Shown: positions 1-8,737 of the stretch, in pieces
Layout of the letters: each line of letters opens with the position of its first letter
Position numbering within the stretch: position 1 is the stretch's first letter
Source: a virus
Taxonomy: Duplodnaviria > Caudoviricetes
Length of the DNA: 24,627 bases
Direction: 5' to 3' (one strand)
IMG/VR virus record: IMGVR_UViG_3300010334_007100
Coordinates: 1-24,627 of that record
The notes under the pieces: generated by a model
What the model was told of the DNA's origin: nothing
Database searches by the model: none
What the model saw: the letters and a program-made list of their open reading frames with translations, nothing else
Program-made: the position numbers and the translations under genes

Positions 1-294
1 AATAGTGGTGGATGGGAATCAGTAGAAAGTACTGTTTATGCTAATAGTGGTGGATGGGAATCAGTAGAAAGTACTGTTTATGCTAATAGTGGTGGATGGG
101 AATCAGTAGAAAGTACTGTTTATACTAATAGTGGTAAATGGTCTTCCGTATATTCAACGACCAATGCTAATAGTGGTGGATGGTCTTCCGTATATTCAAC
201 GACCAATGCTAATAGTGGTGGATGGGAATCAGTAGAAAGTACTGTTTATACTAATAGTGGTGGATGGTCTTCCGTATATACAACGGTATCTGCA
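1..294 (+). repeat. Coding tandem repeat, 42-bp (14-aa) unit, 7 copies, two interleaved variants
   Basis: AATAGTGGT(GG/AA)ATGG recurs at 1, 43, 85, 127, 169, 211 and 253. Variants are WESVESTVY[AT] and WSSVY[ST]T. Confidence 0.95.
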
Positions 295-2250
295 TTTAGC
301 GGTGCTTGGAATACAGGAGGAGTAAATTTAGTAACAGTTCAAAACTATCTTTCAACAAATGATTTAATACTTAAATCAGCTTCCATAACAAATTCTCTAA
401 GTGTTGGGGGTAATATAATTTCAAATTCAGTGAATATAAATGGAGCTGGTACACCAACATTATCTTCGAATAGTAATCTAACACTCGCAGCATTGCAGCG
501 GGTTGTGGTGCTTAGATCACCTTTAAGGTTGTATAATGTTTCGACAACATCAAGAGATACGGACATTTTAGTCCCTCTAAATGGTGATTTGATTTACAAC
601 ACCACATTAAGCGGTATTGAGTATTATGATGGGAAAAATTGGATAAATTCAACAGCAAATAGTAATCGTGTTGTGATACTGAGCACTGGTGAAGTTACAA
701 TAAATTCTGTAACACCAGATTTATCTGCTAATAGAAATGCATTGAATGTGCGTGGTACCATGGTAGTCTGTAGTGAGGTATCTACTTTAACTGCGCTATC
801 TGCCCTTTCCGGAGCCTCTCCAGGTCAATTCTCAGCCGGAGGCCTGCTTGTTGGTCAAAATGAAGGTGGAGCATATTTGGGCAGAGTAAGTGTAAGAGAG
901 AACAGTTGGCAAGTATTACCCGGTACTGAAGGTGATATATGGGTACCAAGCCAGGGTACTACTAGAAGTTGGAGTAGTGTTGCAATGTCTTCTGATGGTA
1001 GAATACAGACAGCAACAGCTCGTAATAATGATAGAATATATGTATCTTACGATTACGGAATAACATGGGCCGCAAAGGGTCCAACAGTTGTTGACTGGAA
1101 TGATGCAGCAATGTCCTCGGATGGTAGAATACAGGCAGTAGCGGGGAGCAATTATGTTTGTGTTTCATATGACTATGGAAATACATGGACAGCAAAAGTT
1201 ACTTCATTAGCAAACGGTGTAGCAATGTCTTCGGATGGTAGAATTATAATTACAACCACGAGAAGCGGTCAAATAAATATTTCTTATGATTATGGTGAAA
1301 CATGGGTAGCAACACAAAGTACCAGATTGTGGGGCCCGGTTGCCACATCCTCTGATGGCAAGATTATTGCTGCAGGTGTAGATAATGATGGTGCAGGCTC
1401 CGCTATTTATATATCGTATGACTACGGAAGAACCTGGATAGCCAGAGAAAATGCTAGAGCTTGGAAGGGTATTGCCATGTCTTCAGATGGAAGAATAATG
1501 ACTGCAGTGGCGTATGGTGGGTCGGTCTACATGTCCTACAATTATGGTCAAAGCTGGATTCAAGCAACAGACGTAAGTGGTGCTTACGGTTACTGGTGGT
1601 CGGTTGCAATGTCCTCAGACGGTAAGACACAAATTGCTGGTGCTGGTTTTGGTGCTTATATATCTACAGACTACGGAAAAACCTGGGTGCTTAAAAATAG
1701 TGCAGGCTATTATTATTTATATGGTGTGGCAATGTCTTCAGATGGCAGAATAATGACAGTTGTTTGTAATAATGGGCAGATATATACTTCAACTGCTGCA
1801 ACAGTTACACCTAATCCTATTACAGTATTAGGTGCCATTAGTTCTACTGCAGTAATATATGCTTCTGGGGGCAATAGCAATCAATGGAGCTCTGCTTATA
1901 CTACTCTCTGCACCATTAGTGCAACATGGACATTAGTTAATGTTATTTCATCAGACAGCATATCATTAACAATAGACAATACAAATTATAATACCTATCA
2001 AAATCAAATCTTACATACAAGAAACACCAGCCCAGCACGTATAAATTTTGAACAATCATTGCCCGCAGGATTTAATATGATGGTTTTAAATGATTCTACA
2101 CAAAACGTTACATTGACTTCATCGGTCAATAATGTGTTTTATGGTTACGGGACGGTACTATCAGGTTCTCAGGGCACCAAGCAGCTCTACACCGCGGCAA
2201 CTATTTACAAGTATGGAAATAGAATTTATGCAACAGGTGCGCTGGTTTAA
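1..2250 (+). CDS. Tail fibre/virion protein, 5'-partial: Trp-containing 14-aa repeat stalk, 7-bladed BNR/Asp-box beta-propeller, C-terminal fibre domain
   Basis: Frame 1 is open from base 1, so the ORF-track start at 430 is internal. NSGGWESVESTVYA repeats come first, then 7 A[MT]SSDG and 6 SxDYGxxW-type Asp-box motifs. Ends TAA at 2250. Confidence 0.75.
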   Translation, partial: NSGGWESVESTVYANSGGWESVESTVYANSGGWESVESTVYTNSGKWSSVYSTTNANSGGWSSVYSTTNANSGGWESVESTVYTNSGGWSSVYTTVSAFSGAWNTGGVNLVTVQNYLSTNDLILKSASITNSLSVGGNIISNSVNINGAGTPTLSSNSNLTLAALQRVVVLRSPLRLYNVSTTSRDTDILVPLNGDLIYNTTLSGIEYYDGKNWINSTANSNRVVILSTGEVTINSVTPDLSANRNALNVRGTMVVCSEVSTLTALSALSGASPGQFSAGGLLVGQNEGGAYLGRVSVRENSWQVLPGTEGDIWVPSQGTTRSWSSVAMSSDGRIQTATARNNDRIYVSYDYGITWAAKGPTVVDWNDAAMSSDGRIQAVAGSNYVCVSYDYGNTWTAKVTSLANGVAMSSDGRIIITTTRSGQINISYDYGETWVATQSTRLWGPVATSSDGKIIAAGVDNDGAGSAIYISYDYGRTWIARENARAWKGIAMSSDGRIMTAVAYGGSVYMSYNYGQSWIQATDVSGAYGYWWSVAMSSDGKTQIAGAGFGAYISTDYGKTWVLKNSAGYYYLYGVAMSSDGRIMTVVCNNGQIYTSTAATVTPNPITVLGAISSTAVIYASGGNSNQWSSAYTTLCTISATWTLVNVISSDSISLTIDNTNYNTYQNQILHTRNTSPARINFEQSLPAGFNMMVLNDSTQNVTLTSSVNNVFYGYGTVLSGSQGTKQLYTAATIYKYGNRIYATGALV

Positions 2251-2270
2251 ATATTATCAAATATAATATC

Positions 2271-3830
2271 ATGAAAGAATATATTGTTACGTTAAAAAAA
2301 GACGTTAATTATGATGAGTTTTATGATCAAATGGTCGAACAAAATAGTATAGCCCATATACCTTTCCGAGAGGTTGAGGTGGCTAATGAACGGCCACTTT
2401 CTCAGAGAAACACGCATTATTTTCTCACGGAACAAGAAGCAGAAATACTAAAGAGCGACGAAAGAGTTTTAGCTGTAGATATACCTCCAGATCAGCGCGA
2501 TGATATTGCTATAGGATTTAATATAACACAAAATTCGAATTTTTCAAAAAGCTCTTATTCTTCCGGTAACCAGATTAATTGGGGATTATTGAGATCGTCT
2601 AAATCTATAAATCTCTATCCGTCAGACACTACATCGCCAACGCTTTGTGCTTATTCCTATCATCTGGACGGGGAAGGGGTTGATGTAGTTATTCACGATT
2701 CTGGTGTGCAAATTGATCATCCAGAATTTACAGATTCTAAAGGTAATAGTAGAGTTAACAAAATAAACTGGTATACAGCTTCGGGGGTACCTGGTACCCA
2801 GGCCAGCGATTCACTTTTTTATAGAGATTACGATGGTCACGGGACACATGTAACTGGGATTGTTGCTGGAAAAAATTATGGCTGGGCAAAAAATGCTCAA
2901 ATATATGTACTTAAAGTGGGAGGGCTTGAGGGTAGCGGAGATGTAGGTAATGGTATAGATATTGTAAATTGCTTTGATGTGATTAAGGGCTGGCATTTAA
3001 ATAAACCAGTTGATTCAAGAACCGGAAAAAAAAGACCTACCGTTGTTAATATGAGTTGGGGGTATTCGAGTACATATACTTCCCTAACAGGCGGAAACTA
3101 TAGAGGGACAAACTGGACGGGTACAACACCTATTGCTAGCTATGGAATTATACTTTTTAATAGAGTCCCGGTAAGAGTTGAATCCGTAGATGTAGATTTA
3201 GAGGAATTAATTGATGCTGGAGTAACAGTGTGTATTGCATCGGGTAATAGTTCTTATAAGATTGATTTACAACAGGGTATAGATTACAACAATTACTTTG
3301 AAAAATCAGGAGGTAATAGAATTTATTATCACAGAGGATCTAGTCCGTATAGTACAAGAGCAATAGAAGTAGGTAATGTAAATAGTACAATGCTAGATTT
3401 TGGAGCAGGGCTTCAGGAATATAAAGCAAGCTCTAGTAATGGGGGACCAGGCGTAGATATATATGCACCGGGAGATTATATAAAAAGTGCTATGAGCGAT
3501 ATAAATGTCCATGGTTCCAGCAGTTCTACATACTTTCAAAATGCATCATATAAGCAAGCACTCTTAGGTGGAACAAGTATGGCTAGCCCGCAAGTTGCCG
3601 GTGTTTGTGCATTATATCTTCAGTTAAACCAAGATGCAACTCCTAGTCAAGTTAAGCAATTTATTATTCAAAATTCAGTTAAAGATTTACTATATGATAC
3701 AATAACATCATCGGACGATTATACCAATGCCTATTGTTTATTTGGTAGTAATAATAGGTATCTATATTTTCCATTTTGTAACGATGTAGGTTTACAATTT
3801 TCAAATAATTTAATTTACGGTAAATTTTAA
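2271..3830 (+). CDS. Subtilisin-like S8 serine protease with N-terminal I9-like prodomain
   Basis: Catalytic triad motifs DVVIHDSG, DGHGTHVTG and GTSMASPQVAG. Also VVNMSWG, the ASGN oxyanion motif, VDIYAPG and an N-terminal EYIVTLK. Confidence 0.92.
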   Translation: MKEYIVTLKKDVNYDEFYDQMVEQNSIAHIPFREVEVANERPLSQRNTHYFLTEQEAEILKSDERVLAVDIPPDQRDDIAIGFNITQNSNFSKSSYSSGNQINWGLLRSSKSINLYPSDTTSPTLCAYSYHLDGEGVDVVIHDSGVQIDHPEFTDSKGNSRVNKINWYTASGVPGTQASDSLFYRDYDGHGTHVTGIVAGKNYGWAKNAQIYVLKVGGLEGSGDVGNGIDIVNCFDVIKGWHLNKPVDSRTGKKRPTVVNMSWGYSSTYTSLTGGNYRGTNWTGTTPIASYGIILFNRVPVRVESVDVDLEELIDAGVTVCIASGNSSYKIDLQQGIDYNNYFEKSGGNRIYYHRGSSPYSTRAIEVGNVNSTMLDFGAGLQEYKASSSNGGPGVDIYAPGDYIKSAMSDINVHGSSSSTYFQNASYKQALLGGTSMASPQVAGVCALYLQLNQDATPSQVKQFIIQNSVKDLLYDTITSSDDYTNAYCLFGSNNRYLYFPFCNDVGLQFSNNLIYGKF

Positions 3831-3864
3831 TGGAAATTTAATAGATTTATATTATTATAGAATT

Positions 3865-4011
3865 ATGGCTGGTAAAGGATCAAAACCTAGAAATTGTTTT
3901 AGTCAAAAATTTAAGAAAAATTTTGATGAAATTTTGTGGGATTCAAGAAAAGGACAAGAAATACGTAGTTATACAGTAAGAAAGGGTAAGAAGATATATA
4001 GATATCCATGA
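3865..4011 (+). CDS. Small basic phage protein, 48 aa (MAGKGSKPR... type), not in the ORF track
   Basis: Translates as MAGKGSKPRNCFSQKFKKNFDEILWDSRKGQEIRSYTVRKGKKIYRYP. TATTAT lies 6 nt upstream, and the stop overlaps the next ATG (ATGA 4008-4011). Confidence 0.75.
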   Translation: MAGKGSKPRNCFSQKFKKNFDEILWDSRKGQEIRSYTVRKGKKIYRYP

Positions 4012-4289
4012 ACGATATAGACACAATGTTAGAGCAGTTAAACACTCTAAATCAGAATTATATCTGGATAATAGAGCAAGGCGAAAAAATTTTAAAAGAC
4101 GTTGATAAGGCTATGAATAAATCAGACTTTGAAAAAGTAGAAAAACTAAGAAATAAATTTATTGAATTAGAGAATAGGCACTTGCGTGATAAAAAGACAT
4201 ATAATAATACTATAAAACAAAGCAGATTATATTTTAAATCCAAATATAATTTAGATTTGTTTGATTATTTTGAATTAGAGGATATTTAG
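4008..4289 (+). CDS. Hypothetical coiled-coil protein
   Basis: 93-aa charged helical ORF with ATGA coupling to the upstream gene. Confidence 0.7.
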   Translation: MNDIDTMLEQLNTLNQNYIWIIEQGEKILKDVDKAMNKSDFEKVEKLRNKFIELENRHLRDKKTYNNTIKQSRLYFKSKYNLDLFDYFELEDI

Positions 4290-4290
4290 C

Positions 4291-4318
4291 TTGACAAATT
4301 AAGTCAACCTGTTATAAT
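4291..4318 (+). promoter_or_regulatory. Sigma70-type promoter, likely leaderless transcript
   Basis: TTGACA (4291-4296), 16 nt, TATAAT (4313-4318) with an extended TG. ATG follows 6 nt later at 4325. Confidence 0.8.
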
Positions 4319-4324
4319 ATTTTT

Positions 4325-4510
4325 ATGTCCATTAAAAAACTTAGCAAAAAAGAAATTAAAAGGCTTAAGGAAGAGGGCCGCCTTAGGGATCATATGGAAA
4401 TTTGGGTTGACCAGCATAATCATAAGCTCGAGCTCTTACGTACTATTACTAGCCTTATTGCAGCTGCTTGTTCATCGGTTGTTCTTTTGAAATTGTTTCA
4501 TTTTCTTTGA
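4325..4510 (+). CDS. Small protein with basic N-terminus and C-terminal hydrophobic (transmembrane) helix
   Basis: 61 aa with the hydrophobic segment TITSLIAAACSSVVLLKLFHFL. Lies directly behind a consensus promoter. Confidence 0.7.
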   Translation: MSIKKLSKKEIKRLKEEGRLRDHMEIWVDQHNHKLELLRTITSLIAAACSSVVLLKLFHFL

Positions 4511-4908
4511 AAATCTTTAATAAAGTTAAAGAGATTAGTTTCGCTCTATTAAATGAGCACCCATCTCTACATAGATGTAGACATTTTAGTTTTATTTTAG
4601 ATGGCTCGAAGATTGTCAAAATAGGATTTAATAGAGATAAAACGCATCCAAAAAATCTACTCTACGATTATAAAAACCGTAAGGGGGAGATAATGTCAAA
4701 TCAAATAGGAATTCATTCTGAGATGGATGCAGTTATTAAATTAGGAGCAACTGATTGCTCTGGTTTGACTATTATTAATACACGTGTTAATAGAAACAAT
4801 AAACTAGACTTAAGTAGACCGTGTAGAGGATGTACAGATATGCTTAGGCGATTAAATTTTAAGAGTGTGTTCTATAATGATGCTAATGGAATCTTTTGTA
4901 AGTATTAA
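4507..4908 (+). CDS. Cytidine/deoxycytidylate deaminase-superfamily protein
   Basis: Zn motif HSE...SRPCRGC, H-F-S-F strand and IGFN. The probable start is TTG 4507, overlapping the upstream TGA; the track start is 4468. Confidence 0.8.
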   Translation: MKIFNKVKEISFALLNEHPSLHRCRHFSFILDGSKIVKIGFNRDKTHPKNLLYDYKNRKGEIMSNQIGIHSEMDAVIKLGATDCSGLTIINTRVNRNNKLDLSRPCRGCTDMLRRLNFKSVFYNDANGIFCKY

Positions 4909-5624
4909 GAGGAGGGTATTACGTAAATATATTCTGATATATCACTGGGATTAGTATTTTGTTGTGCAATAAACACATATACCATAGGTAGCCATTGCCG
5001 AGTTGTAAGTCCGTCTGAATAACCACCAGTTAGAATACATGTATTATTAACGCCAGGGTTTGGAGATAATTTTCTTGTATCAAATTTTAAATACCTAGTT
5101 ATCGAACCACCGAGTATCAATTTATCCAAGGCTATGTTAAATATACGGCAATGAAAATTAGATGGAAGGCTATCATCGAATGTAATGTTTGATTCGGAAG
5201 TACATTTATTAACTATTATAGCACCATGTGCAGTTAAATAATTAGAGCTTGTTAAAGTAAGACTAGGATTTGTATTGTGAAAGACTTTACTACCATATAG
5301 TATATTAATAGTTTCAAAATTTAATTTTGAATAGGTTACAGCGCTTGTGGCGATATTTGCTGTATCTACACAAAATGCACTTAAATGTGAGTTTTGTATC
5401 GAGCTTGGAGCGTAATGCCTGGTCGTAACGGCAGAATTAGCAATGTTTCTAGTTGTAACTACATTACTAGAAAGATGAATAGTTTGAATTTCATAATCTT
5501 TAATATGTTTGGCACGGATAGCACTTAATGCAATATCAGTTTCCCTTACATTTTCAGCAGATATAGATAGCGTTGTGACGGAATTATCAGCAAGCATTCC
5601 CTGTATTACAGTAGTAAGAGGCAT
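4905..5624 (-). CDS. Tail fibre-like protein with IAxxAVT decad repeats
   Basis: Repeats LADNSVTT, IANSAVTT and IATSAVTYSKL. The C-terminal domain resembles that of the 1..2250 protein. Confidence 0.65.
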   Translation of the reverse strand: MPLTTVIQGMLADNSVTTLSISAENVRETDIALSAIRAKHIKDYEIQTIHLSSNVVTTRNIANSAVTTRHYAPSSIQNSHLSAFCVDTANIATSAVTYSKLNFETINILYGSKVFHNTNPSLTLTSSNYLTAHGAIIVNKCTSESNITFDDSLPSNFHCRIFNIALDKLILGGSITRYLKFDTRKLSPNPGVNNTCILTGGYSDGLTTRQWLPMVYVFIAQQNTNPSDISEYIYVIPSS

Positions 5625-5627
5625 ATG

Positions 5628-7901
5628 TTATGCTTGGGCTTCCGTCCAAGAAATTCTAGCTGTTATCTGGGAAGTGGTGGCGCCTGTGGTTAAATTTCTT
5701 GCAGTAATATAGAGAATATCTGGACCGTCTGGATACATTCCAACTACTGGAGCAGCGCTAAGAGGTAGATTATTACTGTATCCTCCACCCATTATAGAAT
5801 TACCCAACTCTCTTACGCCAGCTAGATCAACAAAAGTCTTTGTAAATCCAGTAGATGCAGAATCACACAAGAAGCTAAATACATTCTCGCCCCCTACTAC
5901 TTTTGGATGGTCTCTTCTAATATTATCCACAGGGGTGGCCGGCAAGGCCGGGGACTGGGCAAGCTGTGCTAAGCTAGACCCGCCAATATTACTAAATACA
6001 AAACTATCATTTAGTCCAGGGTTGCTTACGCGGGAGTTTAAATATAGACTAATTCTAAATGTACCTGTAGACAAAACATCCATACTCCTCAAATTTAATT
6101 GCATCCTATTAATAATTTCTCTTTGACCCAAAAATCCAACTCTACCGCTATCTACTGATGGAGATAATCTAATTGCTAGAATAATGTATTCACTGGTATC
6201 GCCTCCTCCAGGAATATAAAGTAAATTATTATTGCCAGCAGAAAAGAAAACGTTTTGATCATTATCAAATCTGCCGTCCATAATAACGCTAGAACCCCAA
6301 TGGGATAAAGCAGTGGCGCTAGGCCATAATGCTGAAGCAGATGCTGTCACAGTTCCCATTAATTCAACAGGTACCGGGGCGGTATCAGAATATGTAAACG
6401 TTTGAGGTGAATTAATTCCACCGGGTATAGCTCTATTTAACTTTAAAAGCTGTGTATCTGTTCTACCATTATATCTTAAATATTCTATTGGTCTATAATC
6501 TCTTCCTAATACCTTATTATCCGGGGTAGAAATAATACCTGGAGTAGTAATCTTAATAATACCAGAAAGAGGAAATGTAGATGCGTTTTTAACATTAGCA
6601 ACAGTATCAATTGTGGCTAGCGATTGTGTGAGAATAGTTGTTGGTGAATATGTACTCTCCTCATATCTAGCAGGTAAGTTGCCGGATCTCAAGTATGCCT
6701 CGGTGTTTACGTTGTTATTGATAATTTTATGGCAATATACTACATTACCGTTGCTTCCGCGAACACCATATCTTATAAACCCAGCACCATACCAGGAATA
6801 GTCCATATAGAACATTTGCATTCTTGTAACATCAAGTGCATAGCCGCTTGGTCCTGTACCGTCCAATTTATCTATGTTCCATTGACTTTGCGGAATTCTT
6901 AAATCAATAGTTTTACTTAAAATTGTATTTGCTTGAGTTACCCCTTCATATTCAGGTATAATTAACATTCTAGTATCAGATTCTATAGAACTAATCCTAT
7001 AGCTTTGACCTTTTATAACAACAAAGTCACCGGGGGTAAGTTGTTGTGAGAATAATGTTCTATTTCCTGTAATTACACTAGATCCATTGACCGTGTTTAC
7101 TGTACCTGTTACCTGGTTCGTACTGTTTCTACGAACCACAAATGTGTTAATGCCATCATTTTCAAAAAACATTCCGTTCTGTTGATCAAACATACCTAAA
7201 CGAGTTTGCAGTCCGTAGATATTGCCTGGGGAAACAACTATTGGAAAGCCAGGTGCTTGTAAGCTGGATGGAATAGCTACAGATTGATAGGTTATAGAAG
7301 TCTCTGTACTTCCAGTTACATCGAAAGTACCATTAAAAGCAGAATCAGAAGATCCAGAAACTATAACCTGACCGCCAGGTACAAAGCCATGAGGAAATTT
7401 AGTATAAGCAGTAATAGTGGCTATACCTGTAGTTGTAGAAGCAATAATAGACTCTATGTTAGCTGCTGGTTTGAGAATACTACCTGTACTAAATTGAATA
7501 CCTTTACCAGACTGATATCTAAAATAGCGTCTTGTTTGTCTGGCTATAGATACATTAGGCTGTGAAGAGCCACATGTAATTTGTACCCCTCCATCATAAG
7601 GTCTATGAATACTAAAACCTCCAGGTCTACCATAAAGCGTTGCAGTAGGCGAATATGTAAATGTTGTTGCAGGAACGGTATCATGAGAACTAACAGTAAA
7701 TTGCTGCGTATTTACAACTTGAGAAACGGTAAAAGCACCATTAACTGGATCGGTGTAATAAAATGTATTCATACTAGGTACAGGGGCTAAAGCTTTTTGA
7801 GCTTGTACACCTGTAACATATATTAAATTTCCTACAGAAAGACCGTGTGCACCAGAGGTTGTAAATAAGATGGTGTTTGTATTATTTGCAGATACTCCCA
7901 T
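5628..7901 (-). CDS. Large virion structural protein, C-terminal part (probably continuous with 7832..8701 through a -1 frameshift)
   Basis: Motifs HRPYDGGV, RQTRRYFRYQSGKG, QSQWNIDKLDGTGPSG, YSWYGAG and terminal SWTEAQA, plus HGL/HGF beta-barrel repeats. Confidence 0.75.
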   Translation of the reverse strand: MGVSANNTNTILFTTSGAHGLSVGNLIYVTGVQAQKALAPVPSMNTFYYTDPVNGAFTVSQVVNTQQFTVSSHDTVPATTFTYSPTATLYGRPGGFSIHRPYDGGVQITCGSSQPNVSIARQTRRYFRYQSGKGIQFSTGSILKPAANIESIIASTTTGIATITAYTKFPHGFVPGGQVIVSGSSDSAFNGTFDVTGSTETSITYQSVAIPSSLQAPGFPIVVSPGNIYGLQTRLGMFDQQNGMFFENDGINTFVVRRNSTNQVTGTVNTVNGSSVITGNRTLFSQQLTPGDFVVIKGQSYRISSIESDTRMLIIPEYEGVTQANTILSKTIDLRIPQSQWNIDKLDGTGPSGYALDVTRMQMFYMDYSWYGAGFIRYGVRGSNGNVVYCHKIINNNVNTEAYLRSGNLPARYEESTYSPTTILTQSLATIDTVANVKNASTFPLSGIIKITTPGIISTPDNKVLGRDYRPIEYLRYNGRTDTQLLKLNRAIPGGINSPQTFTYSDTAPVPVELMGTVTASASALWPSATALSHWGSSVIMDGRFDNDQNVFFSAGNNNLLYIPGGGDTSEYIILAIRLSPSVDSGRVGFLGQREIINRMQLNLRSMDVLSTGTFRISLYLNSRVSNPGLNDSFVFSNIGGSSLAQLAQSPALPATPVDNIRRDHPKVVGGENVFSFLCDSASTGFTKTFVDLAGVRELGNSIMGGGYSNNLPLSAAPVVGMYPDGPDILYITARNLTTGATTSQITARISWTEAQA

Positions 7902-8701
7902 TCCTTGGTTAAGAAAGTTGATCCACCGGAAAGAGGTATAAAAGAATTACCATAAAACCCACCAGCAAATACTAGTGTTCGGTTGGAATCGAGAATATTA
8001 GTCGTTGAAGCAAAAGGCCTTTTGCCTACATAAGAAAGCACCGGATTTGAATTGTCAGATCTAATGCTATGTGCAGATAATTGAAACCAGCCATTAGCAT
8101 TATTATCTAGAGTATCTTGTACATATAAAATACCACCAGCACTTATACCTGCTACAATAGAATTGTAGCTAGCTGCATCTGTTGGAACAATGTTTACTAT
8201 TCTAGAATTTTGAGTTACGTTTATAGCAGAAATAAAAGCAGGGTTAATTGGATTAATGGGTTCAAAAAAAGCTGTAGGTCTATTATTGAGCTGAAAAAGA
8301 GTTTCCCATTTAGTAGATTGTACGCTGTACTCAAAGTCTGTATCAATAAGCGATTGAGGCATTGATACTCTCTGTTTGTTTACAGGGTCAAAGTATTCCT
8401 CTGTAGGCATCACCGATATAGCAGGTGAATCATATATTACCTGTAATATATCAGTGTTAAGATGGTTACTTGTATCTGTTAAAAGTGTCAGCTCCCTGGT
8501 ATTTTGATTCCAGGAATTTACCCCTGTATCCTGTGATCCTTCTGCATATATTATTGTATTTCTGGTTAAATTAATGACTGCCATTAACCTGTTGAAAATG
8601 AACGGTGTTGCTGTATAGTTTGAGAAATTAAGCTTACCTAAACTTGTGGCCCCTGGTGTAAAAACCACTGATGCTGAAGTTGTTGTTAATATGGTTTTCA
8701 C
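7832..8701 (-). CDS. Large virion structural protein, N-terminal part
   Basis: GTG start 4 nt after TATAAATA. Motifs INLTRNTIIY and DPVNKQRVSMPQSLIDTDFEY. Overlaps the next ORF by 70 nt in a different frame. Confidence 0.7.
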   Translation of the reverse strand: MKTILTTTSASVVFTPGATSLGKLNFSNYTATPFIFNRLMAVINLTRNTIIYAEGSQDTGVNSWNQNTRELTLLTDTSNHLNTDILQVIYDSPAISVMPTEEYFDPVNKQRVSMPQSLIDTDFEYSVQSTKWETLFQLNNRPTAFFEPINPINPAFISAINVTQNSRIVNIVPTDAASYNSIVAGISAGGILYVQDTLDNNANGWFQLSAHSIRSDNSNPVLSYVGKRPFASTTNILDSNRTLVFAGGFYGNSFIPLSGGSTFLTKEWEYLQIIQTPSYLQPLVHTVFL

Positions 8702-8705
8702 TCTT

Positions 8706-8713
8706 TATTTATA
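8706..8713 (-). promoter_or_regulatory. T4-type late promoter TATAAATA
   Basis: Exact T4 late consensus on the minus strand, 4 nt before the GTG of a structural gene. Confidence 0.7.
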
Positions 8714-8737
8714 TTTATCCTGTAAATATCCCTCTCA

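Noticed and set aside
1-294. 42-bp repeats as a CRISPR array
   Set aside because: The units are contiguous with no unique spacers, are a multiple of 3 and lie in an open reading frame.
940-1800. Diversity-generating retroelement TR/VR among the propeller or fibre repeats
   Set aside because: No reverse transcriptase, and no near-identical repeat pair differing only at adenines was noticed.
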